Shown: in pieces, positions 49,701 to 61,700 of the stretch
Layout of the letters: each line of letters begins with the position of its first letter
Position numbering within the stretch: position 1 is the first letter of the stretch
Assembly (NCBI GenBank): GCA_023205875.1
Contig: CP060761.1
Coordinates: 744,001 to 808,000, forward strand
Reading direction: 5' to 3'
From: Chloropicon primus
Taxonomy: Eukaryota
DNA length: 64,000 nt
Notes under the pieces: model-generated
The model's input: the letters and a program-made list of their open reading frames with translations, nothing else
Told to the model about the DNA's origin: nothing
The model's database searches: none
Program-made: the position numbers and the translations under genes

Positions 49701-52700
49701 TGGTGCTTTGCGAGATTGGTTTGATGCCGCACGAGGCGTGAACTCTTGCAAAGTTCTGGGTCATCTCAACAAAGTCTGAAGGAGGGACAAAGGTTCTCGT
49801 GTTCAGCCTTTCCTGAAGACTCCCCGTATCAAGGCCTTGGCGAACGTGCAGCACGTACAGAGATGACGCGTATCCCGATCCATAGGAGTACACCATAACC
49901 CTCTTTCCTGCGCATTCTTGGCCCGTGACCTGCATGAAGAGGGACGCAATGTTGCAATACGCGGAAGCGGTGTACGGGTTGCCAATCCGCTCGCTCACAA
50001 AGAGACTATCCCCAACCTTCTCAGAAAAGATGTCTTGAAGCTGACTCACTTTGAACTTCTCGGATAGGAGCAGGCTCTTGAGCGCCTTCTTGACAAGTCT
50101 CGTGTTTGGAGAGTGGAATATCATGTAATCCATGGCTTCCACAAGCTTTTCTACGCCCAGCTTGCTGCGAAGGGCATTGAAACAGGTTTTGAACCCTTCC
50201 AAATAGCACTGCACAGAGTAAGGACCGTCCAGGTGGGCGAAAGGTTGGATGTCTGCGACGGGTTTGTGGAAATCGTACGTGTCCTTCATGCACGTCGCCC
50301 GGGCAGGCTCGAGCACAACTCGTGCGTCTGGAGTGATAAGCATGGCAACCGCAGCGGCAGCTGACGAGAAGTGAAAGCGCGTTGTGTAGCTCGCGATGTC
50401 AGATGCCACTACTATTGCGTACCTGCCATCCCATGCCTCACTTTGCATCCAGGCTATTGAATTGAAGAAGGCCGCCGTTCCACCGTAGCAGGCATTTGTG
50501 TTATCCACGCCTTCTACGCTTGTGTTGCCCTTCTCTTCAAACAGCCTCATCAAAAATGATTTGATAGACTTGCTTCTATCGACACAGCTTTCTGTGCCCA
50601 CTTCCACCCTACCAATGGCGTCGTACGGAATCCTGTGAGATTCCATGAGACCGCGAACGGCGTTGAGTGCAAAGGAAACAGAGTCTTCATTGTCATTGCA
50701 GCACGACAGGGCTTTCTGGCCCAAGCCATTCGTATACTTCCCCTCGCAGTTGTCATACTTCTCCAACTCTTGCTGAGAAACTGCAAACTCGGGGATGTAC
50801 ACGTAAATCCCACTGATGCCCACATTCGATGGCCTTGAAGGCAGGCTCTCAGTCTGGGAGTGTGCCTGGCTCTGGGATTTTGGCTTTCCGTGGATGAATG
50901 TTTGAGCTTGAATCCAGGCTTCTTTTCTTAGCACCTCAAGTCCTACGCGATGCCTGAAAATACTTGCGTACGCAGAAGGCCTATTGAACGTTCCCAAAGT
51001 ATTCCTCACAATCTCCTTTGCCTTGTCCAAGAGATCAGTCGAGTCGCTGTACACATGATTCACGATGCCAGAGTGCTTGGCTTCCTCTGCTCTTGCTTCT
51101 GAATTTGAGTACAACAAATACGCCAAGTCTCTCCAACCTGTCACTGACCTGTAGGTGCCAGTCATTCCAAGGCCAGGGGAAAGGGACAGGTGCAGGAAAT
51201 TGACCTGGAAAGAAGTCGTTTCCCGACAAATTCTCGAGTCGAACCACAATGAAAGACTGACGCCAGCCCCAATCAGCTTGCCTTGAACGGCAGCAAAGAG
51301 TGGTACCTCTAATGTCTGAATGCACGAGAAGCTCGTATAGAATGTGTACAGCATCAAGGCAAGCTCCGGCACCTCCTTCTGCATGAACGCGTGGTGCGAT
51401 TCTTCTCCAGAGAGTCTCCCACCTGTCGAAAAGTGTTCTGCAGAGCTCCAGATAATCACAGCACCAACGCTCGAATCACCATCCAACGTCTGGACAATGC
51501 TTTGGAATCTGGACGCAAAGGCAAAAGTAAGATGACGAGTCTTCAGCTCAATGCAGGCAATCGACCCGTCCATTTTCAACTCAATAAGACTCTTGTCCTC
51601 TTTCTCTTTGATATCGTAGCTACCAAAAATCAAGTCTGACATTATCAAAGAGGCATCTTCCACAGATTTGACAGGCAAGCTGTCCTTGATGATTGAGAGC
51701 AGCTGCTTTGGAGTCCTCTTCAACCGCATGAGAAAAGCTTTCTTCTCACTCACCCAATCGCTGCTCACGGTGAAGTCCACGAGACCGAGATTCACTGCTT
51801 CGAGGCTCCCGATCTGTTCGCCCGTGAGCATCAGGCGCCTGCACACGTGCTCTGGAATCCTCTGCTTTGCCGCAAGGGACACCATGCCTGGCACCAGCCC
51901 CCTCTTGACTTCCGGGAAGGAGAAGGTCGCCGAATCCTGTGCCACCACAACATCGGCGTATCCCAAGGCGACAAGGGCATCTGATGTCATAGCGCCTTTG
52001 CACACGACGATGAGAACGCCCTTGAACTGCATCAATTTGCGGATGAGGGACGTCTGCGCGTGGATGAAAGAGTATTTCGTGTCCTGCGGTGGCTCAGAGA
52101 AAGAGGTGAAATCGCCCTCCTTCGACGAGTTTTCAAGAACAAGGAGCCTTTGCTCACCTGCACTCGTTGCCACGTCAAGGACCGCAGCGATATTCCTCAA
52201 CACTGAGATCCTCTCCCCAAACGCGTCCACGGGGCACGATACATCAACGGTGAAGATGCTCGCAGAGATGCTGTCCGACTCCGTCACCGCAAAGGTAGGG
52301 GCGAAGTCTTCGGGCGACTGCTGTGAGCTCAGGTCAACGTCCCACACAGCTTCCATCAGTGAAGATGGCGTCAAAGGTTTCCTCATCATCTCAGTGGTAG
52401 CACTCGCGGCAAGATCTGGAAGTTTCCTGGCCCTGCTGATGGCATTCCTCAACGAGTTGTCTTCCACCGAAGTGATCACATTGTTCACCATTCCGAGATC
52501 GCACAAGCCGGCTGCACTCACGGGTTCACTCGCAGACAGACAGTTGTACAGTGCAGTGGTCCCCATTCGGTGATCCAGGCACTTCAACGTGATTGGGCCG
52601 AGTGCATTGATGCTGCTCATCTGTGACACAGGAAGAGCAGCATCCGAATATGCACTGACCCAATCGCATGACGATGTGATGCCCAAACCCATTGCGCTCA

Positions 52701-55700
52701 AGTCGCCACTGCAGGTGCACGCCGTGAAGTGCGAGAGGCTTTGGAGGTATTCAAGCAATGCTATCATCTGCATCTGCGCACGCCTGATTGCAGAGGCATC
52801 ACCCAAGTTGACATCCTCGGCAGTGCTTGCGCTTGCATCCCGTGAGCCGGCAGTCAACTCTATCAAGAGAACGCGCACGCCGGTGGCGTCTCTCTCTCCG
52901 ATGCCTGCGCCTGCCAGAGCGAGCATGACTTTTTCAATGCTTTGTCCAATCTCCAGTGCACCGCAAAGATGCGTCTTGTCCTTGATGACCAAGGTGCAAA
53001 CACCATCTTTTACTTCAACGGTGCAATCAAGGCAGTCAACCTTGGCTGCAGAAGGCTCGGTCACCTTGTCGTCCGCGAACGCCAGGCAGTGATAGAGGCC
53101 CTCGCTCCAACAGGACGACTTGGTCAATCTCTTCGTGTGAGTGCTCACGTCCCGGTGCTTGGAGAGACTCGCCACAAAATCACCCTCCAGATCGTCCGTC
53201 CCCCTCACGGTGAAGTCCACGAGACCGAGATTCACTGCTTCGAGGCTCCCGATCTGTTCGCCCGTGAGCATCAGGCGCCTGCACACGTGCTCTGGAATCC
53301 TCTGCTTTGCCGCAAGGGACACCATGCCTGGCACCAGCCCCCTCTTGACTTCCGGGAAGGAGAAGGTCGCCGAATCCTGTGCCACCACAACATCGGCGTA
53401 TCCCAAGGCGACAAGGGCATCTGATGTCATAGCGCCTTTGCACACGACGATGAGAACGCCCTTGAACTGCATCAATTTGCGGATGAGGGACGTCTGCGCG
53501 TGGATGAAAGAGTATTTCGTGTCCTGCGGTGGCTCAGAGAAAGAGGTGAAATCGCCCTCCTTCGACGAGTTTTCAAGAACAAGGAGCCTTTGCTCACCTG
53601 CACTCGTTGCCACGTCAAGGACCGCAGCGATATTCCTCAACACTGAGATCCTCTCCCCAAACGCGTCCACGGGGCACGATACATCAACGGTGAAGATGCT
53701 CGCAGAGATGCTGTCCGACTCCGTCACCGCAAAGGTAGGGGCGAAGTCTTCGGGCGACTGCTGTGAGCTCAGGTCAACGTCCCACACAGCTTCCATCAGT
53801 GAAGATGGCGTCAAAGGTTTCCTCATCATCTCAGTGGTAGCACTCGCGGCAAGATCTGGAAGTTTCCTGGCCCTGCTGATGGCATTCCTCAACGAGTTGT
53901 CTTCCACCGAAGTGATCACATTGTTCACCATTCCGAGATCGCACAAGCCGGCTGCACTCACGGGTTCACTCGCAGACAGACAGTTGTACAGTGCAGTGGT
54001 CCCCATTCGGTGATCCAGGCACTTCAACGTGATTGGGCCGAGTGCATTGATGCTGCTCATCTGTGACACAGGAAGAGCAGCATCCGAATATGCACTGACC
54101 CAATCGCATGACGATGTGATGCCCAAACCCATTGCGCTCAAGTCGCCACTGCAGGTGCACGCCGTGAAGTGCGAGAGGCTTTGGAGGTATTCAAGCAATG
54201 CTATCATCTGCATCTGCGCACGCCTGATTGCAGAGGCATCACCCAAGTTGACATCCTCGGCAGTGCTTGCGCTTGCATCCCGTGAGCCGGCAGTCAACTC
54301 TATCAAGAGAACGCGCACGCCGGTGGCGTCTCTCTCTCCGATGCCTGCGCCTGCCAGAGCGAGCATGACTTTTTCAATGCTTTGTCCAATCTCCAGTGCA
54401 CCGCAAAGATGCGTCTTGTCCTTGATGACCAAGGTGCAAACACCATCTTTTACTTCAACGGTGCAATCAAGGCAGTCAACCTTGGCTGCAGAAGGCTCGG
54501 TCACCTTGTCGTCCGCGAACGCCAGGCAGTGATAGAGGCCCTCGCTCCAACAGGACGACTTGGTCAATCTCTTCGTGTGAGTGCTCACGTCCCGGTGCTT
54601 GGAGAGACTCGCCACAAAATCACCCTCCAGATCGTCCGTCCCCCTCACGGTGAAGTCCACGAGACCGAGATTCACTGCTTCGAGGCTCCCGATCTGTTCG
54701 CCCGTGAGCATCAGGCGCCTGCACACGTGCTCTGGAATCCTCTGCTTTGCCGCAAGGGACACCATGCCTGGCACCAGCCCCCTCTTGACTTCCGGGAAGG
54801 AGAAGGTCGCCGAATCCTGTGCCACCACAATGTCTGCCAAGCATGGAAATAGCATGCCCCCACCATAGGTGTTTCCATGGCATGTCACGATGATGGGATG
54901 CTCATAAGCAAGCAGTGCACTGTACAGGTTTCCAAAGAGTTCAAGTCCCTTCATGAAGTTTTCCATCTCTGACACTTTAGCACCAAAGCAAAAGTTTCTA
55001 CCATTTGCCTTCAGGTGGATAGGCTTCGAGGCCTTGGAGAAAATCTGATTCAATTCAGAAAGCATTTCGATGCCAAGGGCATTGTCGGAATCTGGATCAT
55101 TCAATACGACGGTGAGAACTTCGCCTTCGTAACAGATCACTTTGTCATGACCGTCTGCCCGTGGCGACCGCGTGAAGCCTACTTGCACACCCTCTAAAGC
55201 GGGTCCCGTGCCATCTGCTGACATGCCAGCAGCATTCAAGCTCACGCGGAGTGCATTGTTTTGATGAATCGCATTCAAGTTGCTGTGGATGCAGTCCACA
55301 GAGGAAAGTAGGGAGATTCTGCTCAACCTGTCCGCGAGGAAATCCGTTGCGTTGATCAACGTCCCAAAGGGAATGCCCACGAAATTGAAGATATCATCAC
55401 GCTCAGAGCGCCTTTGAAGCTCAAAAATCGCCTCGACACTCTGACCTGTACCAGAAACCTTCTCGCCCCCAAGAGTCTCGCCAGAAGAAAAGAAATTGCA
55501 GTGGCCGCGCAGTAATTCACGGGTTTCAGGCTCTGGACCACTCCCCTCCAAGGAGAAACTCCCCAACGAAGGGAATGAGCTTGATGAAAGGTATGCTGGA
55601 AGCATTGGCGTGCGTGAAAACGAACAATTTACGAGAAAATGCTTCACATTCGCATCCCTCTTCATGATCTGCAACTGCGAATCAGCAATCTCAAGGAGTA

Positions 55701-58700
55701 CAGATTCGTCCAAGGTTTTCCTCGAGTGGATTGTTGAGGTAAAGTGGCAAAGAGGCACATTCGAATCAACGCGCACAGTGTGTTTCACCGGATTCACTGA
55801 ATTGCCCTTGACTTCACTGTAAAGAACAAACGAAGAGGCGGATTGATGGACATATAGATGCTTTGTGCTGCCATCTACAATTCGTTTGGGTATGGAGCTA
55901 CTGCGCAACGCAGTCAATGAGCAATGACTGTTCACTCCACTCATTCCAAACGAGCTTGTCCCAGCAATCTCGCTGTGGGCCAAAGATGTTGCAGAAAGAG
56001 GTGCCTTCGCAAGCGAGGTCCAGCCCTTCAAGGCCGAGGTGACATAAGGATTCATGTTGCGGAATCTAAAAGGAGCGCCGATGGACTTTGTCAAAGCGAA
56101 GGAAGCCAAGAGCAAGCCAGCCAGACCTGCTGTGCTTTCAGTATGCCCTATGGAGGCCTTGCTCGATCCCAAGGCCAAGACGTGAGCATCAGGTGATTCG
56201 CCGCTACCAAACTTTGCGCTTTGCAGCATTCCACCAATAGCACCAACCTCGATGGGATCACCAAGACTGGTCCCCGTGCCATGCAGAGAGACGTAGTCGA
56301 CATGCTGGGGGCTCTTCTTTCCTCGTTGAAGTGCACGCAATATCAACGATTGTTGCGATGGACCATGTGGCGCTGTGAAACTGCTCGATCGTCCGTCTTG
56401 ATTGACTGCAGAGCCGAGAACAGCAACACCTGCCCCCGTATCACCAGAAGGTGCACCCATGTGGATGACTGCGAAGCCCTCCCCTCTACCATAACCATCA
56501 GCGTCGGCATCAAAGGTTTTGCAACGCCCTGAAGGGGAGAGTGCCCCAAGCTGGCAGAGCTGGACAACGGTGTCTGCCAAGAGTATCGCGTTCACTCCTG
56601 CAACAAGAGCGGATGGGCAAGATTCTCCTTGGATGTCATGTAACCCCAGGTGCATCGCAACGAGGGAAGAGGAGCAAGCAGTGTCCGTAACGATGCAAGG
56701 ACCATTCAGACCAAATTGGTAAGAAACTCTGCCTACCATGAAACTCCTGCCATTTCCGACAATCCCAAATACGGTGTGGCCATGCCCATGTGAGGACAAG
56801 ACTTCTTTGTACTCATCCCACATGCAGCCAAGATAAACGCCGGCCTGACTCATGACATCTGTTGTCAGCGGCGACAGCAAAAGAATCTTTGATGTCTCCT
56901 GAAGGAGGATGCGTTGCTGTGGATCAATATGGGTTGCCTCCTGTATAGACATTTTGAAGGACCTCGCATCAAAGCTCTTTATGTCCCTACAATAAGCAGC
57001 AAAGCGGCAGTAAGAAGTTCCAACAGTTCGAGCGGGGGAATAATCAGCTTCAATGTCCCATCTATCGTAGGGCGTCTTGGTATGAGGTGTATTCAAACGA
57101 AGAAAGGAGCTGGAGTGTGAGCCCTCATCAAGGGTTGGAATTTTGAACACCATATCCAAAATTTCTACCACACTCACGGGGAGCTCCTGAGGATCAGGCT
57201 GGGTAGAAGAAATCTGCGTCTTGTCACCACCTAGTGGCTTTTCGACAATGCTCCCTTGAAGAAAGCGTGCGATCTCTTGGATTGTGGGATAATCAAAAAC
57301 AAGTGTTGGTGGAAGCTCCAACCCAAACATTTGTGATAAGTTGCTTCTGAATTCCACAGCTCCCAGGGAGTCCATACCCGACTCAATCAAAGGAGAGTCT
57401 ACATCGGCTTCGACTCCCACTATATCTTCAAATGCGCCCTTGATTTGAGAAATCACTTTCTCACTCTTCGCTTCGCTCACAATCTCCTCGGGGACCGGCT
57501 CGGCGCCACCACTCAATGCCTTTGACGCATGAAGCGCCACCTGCGAGTAGATGGGGTGATATTCGTCCAGCGGCCTGTCAACGGACGGGTTGATCACCCC
57601 GTAGAATCCAGATTCAAAGTCCCCTCGCAACGGCGCGCCGATGCCAAAGGTGTTCATCGATTTCTGTAAAGCAAGGAGTCCATCCGATGGGTTCAGAAGT
57701 CCTAAACCTAGCCTATTGAACCTATGCTGCAAGCTTTGGTTCGATCCCATTCCCGACTGTCCCCAAGGTCCATAGTTTAAAGCAGACACCGAGCAACCCT
57801 TTTGTCTTTGCGCAAGAGCAAAGTGGTTGAGTGCAGCGTTTGCACCAGCGTAGCTGCTTTGGCCGGGAGCACCAAGCAAGGAAGCAGAGGAAGAGAAAAG
57901 GACGGCCTTCCCCTTCAAATTCTTTAAAGAATCGCAAACAACATCTCCCACGACAACTTTGGAAGAAAAAGTCGACCTGAGATCCTTTGCTCTCTGGTTC
58001 ATGAAGACAGAGTCTGCAAGTGCTCCACTCGCGTGGACGAAGGTCATGTTGGGAGAGTGGAAGTTCCCATTCCTGAGCAGGCAGTCCCTCTCCTCCAGCG
58101 ATGACATGTCACAGCGAACCACAACAGTAGTGAGACTCTCTTGAGACAGGACTTCCTCCATGTTGTACCTTGCGTTCCTCGACGCCAAGGAGATGTTCTT
58201 GCATCCCAGTTCCGACATCATGGCTTTCACAGTCCGACCCAGGGCCCCGCTTCCGCCCGTGATGAGTGCATGCTCCGCCTTGTCCATGCGATTCAATACG
58301 GTGAGACGTCCCACGGGTCTCTGGCATATTTTGAAGCTACTGCTATAGCCACCCTCCAACTGGATTTCTCTCCAGCAGTCCTCCCCTTTCTGACCAGTTA
58401 CGCCGAACACAAAACCACTCTGGCCAGACTCGTAAGCAGACACCTGCACATTGAGGGGCACAAACTCTGCATTTTCACAGTGCAAGGAACGAGATATGCT
58501 CCGCAGCATGTGAGAGTGCAAACTCGACATCTCACCAACCATGGGCAACCTGTTGTGAGACCTTGATACCGTGTGAACAGATGCCTTCAAGTTAAGCGCC
58601 TGGGAACTTTGAATGCAGTGCATAATCTGAAGAGCGTGGCGTGCGGAGGGCACTGTCGCGTCCAGATCGTCGAAAGCGATGTGAGGACTCGACCTGTTGC

Positions 58701-61700
58701 CAAACAAACCAGCACTTTCTCTGGGGTTTTCCGCCCTGAAAGTTGTAAAGTACAACATCGCCATGCTTTTCTGTGGCATTTGAGCTTTCCTTGGAGCTTC
58801 GTCGGATGCCAAGGCCTTCGGCATCTTCACTTGCAACCCCAGCGCCAAGGAGAGAACCTTGTGGGGATAAGACTGACTAACGGAGTGGTTGCTCTCACTG
58901 TCATGCTTATCGCCATCGAGCCACGCATGCAAATCGTGCAAACCAGGTCCATGCGTGACGGTGCTCCAATACATTGATAGAGCAACTGGGATCCTGGCAC
59001 GGCTCTCTTCAGTACTAGAGGATTCAGGTACGGTGGCCAGCTGCAGACAGCAGTCCATCAAATTCGGAGGCACGCAATATTCATTCTCTCCTCCCTCCCA
59101 CATTGTTCGACCTGATCTGCACGAGCCATTCTCGTCTTGACGACGGAGGCGGGTCTCATTGGCCTTCTCATTGGAGTCAATGGAACAAGCGAGGCTTGTG
59201 GATCCAGTGAAGGAGGTCGCGGAAGACCCGCTTTTGAAAACATCGACAGCACCATGCTGGTTGCACCTGACTCTCACAGTTCCAACAGACTCTGGATTCT
59301 TCATGGTGAAAGGAGACGCGATGATGCAATCTAAAAGAGAAGCCACGACGCTCTTTCTCTTCCCGTCGTTTGGAGCCATGAATGCAATAGCCTCGTACGC
59401 AATTTCAAAGAAAGCTGCTCCTGGGAAGAGCTTCCTTCCAAAGATCACGTGGTCCTGCAGGAAAACCGCTGGTTTGCTGCGGGAGTTCAATCCAAACCCA
59501 AATTCAACTTCTCTCAGCAAAGACACTCGGTCCACGAGTGCCCTTGGGGTGGATTCTATCGAGATCCACTGCTTGTGAGAGCAGCAAAGGTCTGGCACTC
59601 TGCTCCTCCTGGAGACGAACTGAAGTTTCTCCACCAAGACATTGGCATTGGTCCCCTGAAAGGCAAACGCACTTGCTGATCCAAGCATTCGGTCAGCGAC
59701 CGCCGAGGAAGCAAATTGCCTCCCGACGCAGAAGTTCGGCCTTCCATTGGAAGCGCACTTATCCATCGGGTGGTGAAGGTGGGGGTTCATCTCCCTCAGG
59801 TGAAGGACAGGGACAGTGTAGTGAGCAGTCCATGCGAGCAGCTGCTCCAGGCCCACCATTCCGGCCCCTGCCTCCGCGTGGCCGACAGCAGATTTGGCGG
59901 CGCCAAGAACAAGCTTTTCTGTCCTGCTTTCCATTGCCACGTCCAAGGCTGAGAATGCTGCGGACACTTCAATCGGGTCACCGAGAGCTGTTCCTGTCCC
60001 ATGCATCTGCAGCTTGGAAACATCGCAAGGGTGCATTCTCGATATCTCTAGCATGGAGAGGATGAGGCCAGCTTGAGCGGGCCCGCTGGGCGCCGTCAAT
60101 CCACTTGAGCGGCCATCCTGGTTGACAAAGGATCCACGTAAAATCGCTTCTCTGCCCCTCGATAGATCCTCGTACCTCAATGGAGCCAGGGCCACTGATC
60201 CACAAGCTTCGGAGCGGACGTATCCATCCGCGGAGCTATCCAAGGTCTTGCACCTGCCATCGAGAGTGAGCATCGACGCTTTCCAGCATATCATGCTCCA
60301 GCGCGGAGAGAGGATCAAGTTGACACCACAAGCCACACCGCATTCGACCTGGTTGATGGACATGCCCACTCTTGTCAGATGCAACGAGACCAAAGATGAG
60401 GAGCACGCTGTGTCGACAGACATTGAGAATCCACTGTAGCCAAACGTGTAAGAGAGGCGACCTGAAGCTGCGCTCAGGTGCCCTCCAGTTGCCATGTACG
60501 CTCCAGGCTGATTCGCTGGGTACTTTTCTGCGTAGTCATTCAGAGAGATTCCCACAACCACGCCAACTGATGCACCCAGTTTGGCCTCGCCCCTCAAAGA
60601 ATGGTTGAGGCAACTCACAGACTCCAGCAAATGCCTTTGCTGCGGGTCAATGAAGGCCGTCTCTTGAAAGGACATTTTGAAGACTTCGTTGTCAAAGTTC
60701 ATAACGCCAACAAGAAAGCCTCCAAAGTTTGGAAACATGGTATGCCTAGATCTGGCAGAGAAATCCCATCTCGACAGCGGAGTGCAAGATATCGCATCGT
60801 TCCACAAGCAGGTAAGACCTTCAGCAACTCTTGGGAGCTTCACAAAAGTCCCCACGATCGCGGTGGAGATTTCTTCCGCTCCCGGGGAGTCCAACCTCTT
60901 CTCGCTCACCGCTAGCGGCAACTCCGTTCCCTTTTCCTCTGACACCAGAGCTTCCACGTATCTCGCAATGTTATCCACTGTCGGGTAATCAAAGACGAGA
61001 GTTGTTGGCAACTCGATCCCGATGCTTTCCTGCAGCGAACTGCTAAACGCGACGGCTTGCATGGAGGACAAGCCGCTGTCAAACAGTGGGGAGTCGTCTT
61101 GAAGATTCTCAAGATCGAACGTTGCTAGCAACGACTTCACGGTGCTCTGGATCGCTTGACTTTGGCCACGTTCCCCTGCCCCCGAGGAAGCCAGCTTCTT
61201 CCGCGCACTGAGCACATCCAGAGCAGTCACCGGAAGCAAGCGCCTGTAGTAACCAAGGTCCTCGGGGGGCGACGAGACGACCCAAACCCAAATGTTCCTG
61301 TCAGAATGAGCTTCCAGCAAGGGCAAGATCTCCTCGAGATCCTTGTCGACTAGGGAATTCACAAATATCCCGACGCCGCGGGCGGGCGGAATTCTGTCCA
61401 GGACATTGACCAGGCATTCAACCGAGTTCAAGCTCTCGTGGGGGTACTGGATCAAGACAGGGTTGTCTGCATCCATCTGTTGCACATCCCCGAGATCACC
61501 CGTTTCTGCCACAAGAGTCAAGGCCGAGCGGATCATCTTGGCTTCCGCAAAGTGACTTGACAGCATTCGTTTCAACACCTTCCCCGTCGCATTCGTTGGG
61601 AGCCTCGGCATGAAGTGGATGCTCGAAGGCACTTTGAAGTCCGAGAGCTGGCCCTGGCAAAAGCGAGTGAGCTCCTCCTTGGTGACATCCGTCCCTGGAG

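Larger units (their letters stand above)
47654..50831. repeat. Direct duplication of the HMGS-ACP unit (47654-49181 and 49304-50831; offset 1650)
   Basis: Apparently identical nucleotide blocks; each contains HMGS and an ACP (LMELGIDSLEAVEL). Confidence 0.95.
46311..56738. repeat. Pair of near-identical about 800-bp KS C-terminal halves (46311-47108 and 55941-56738)
   Basis: Offset 9630; only one difference noticed (about 46460/56090). Confidence 0.92.
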
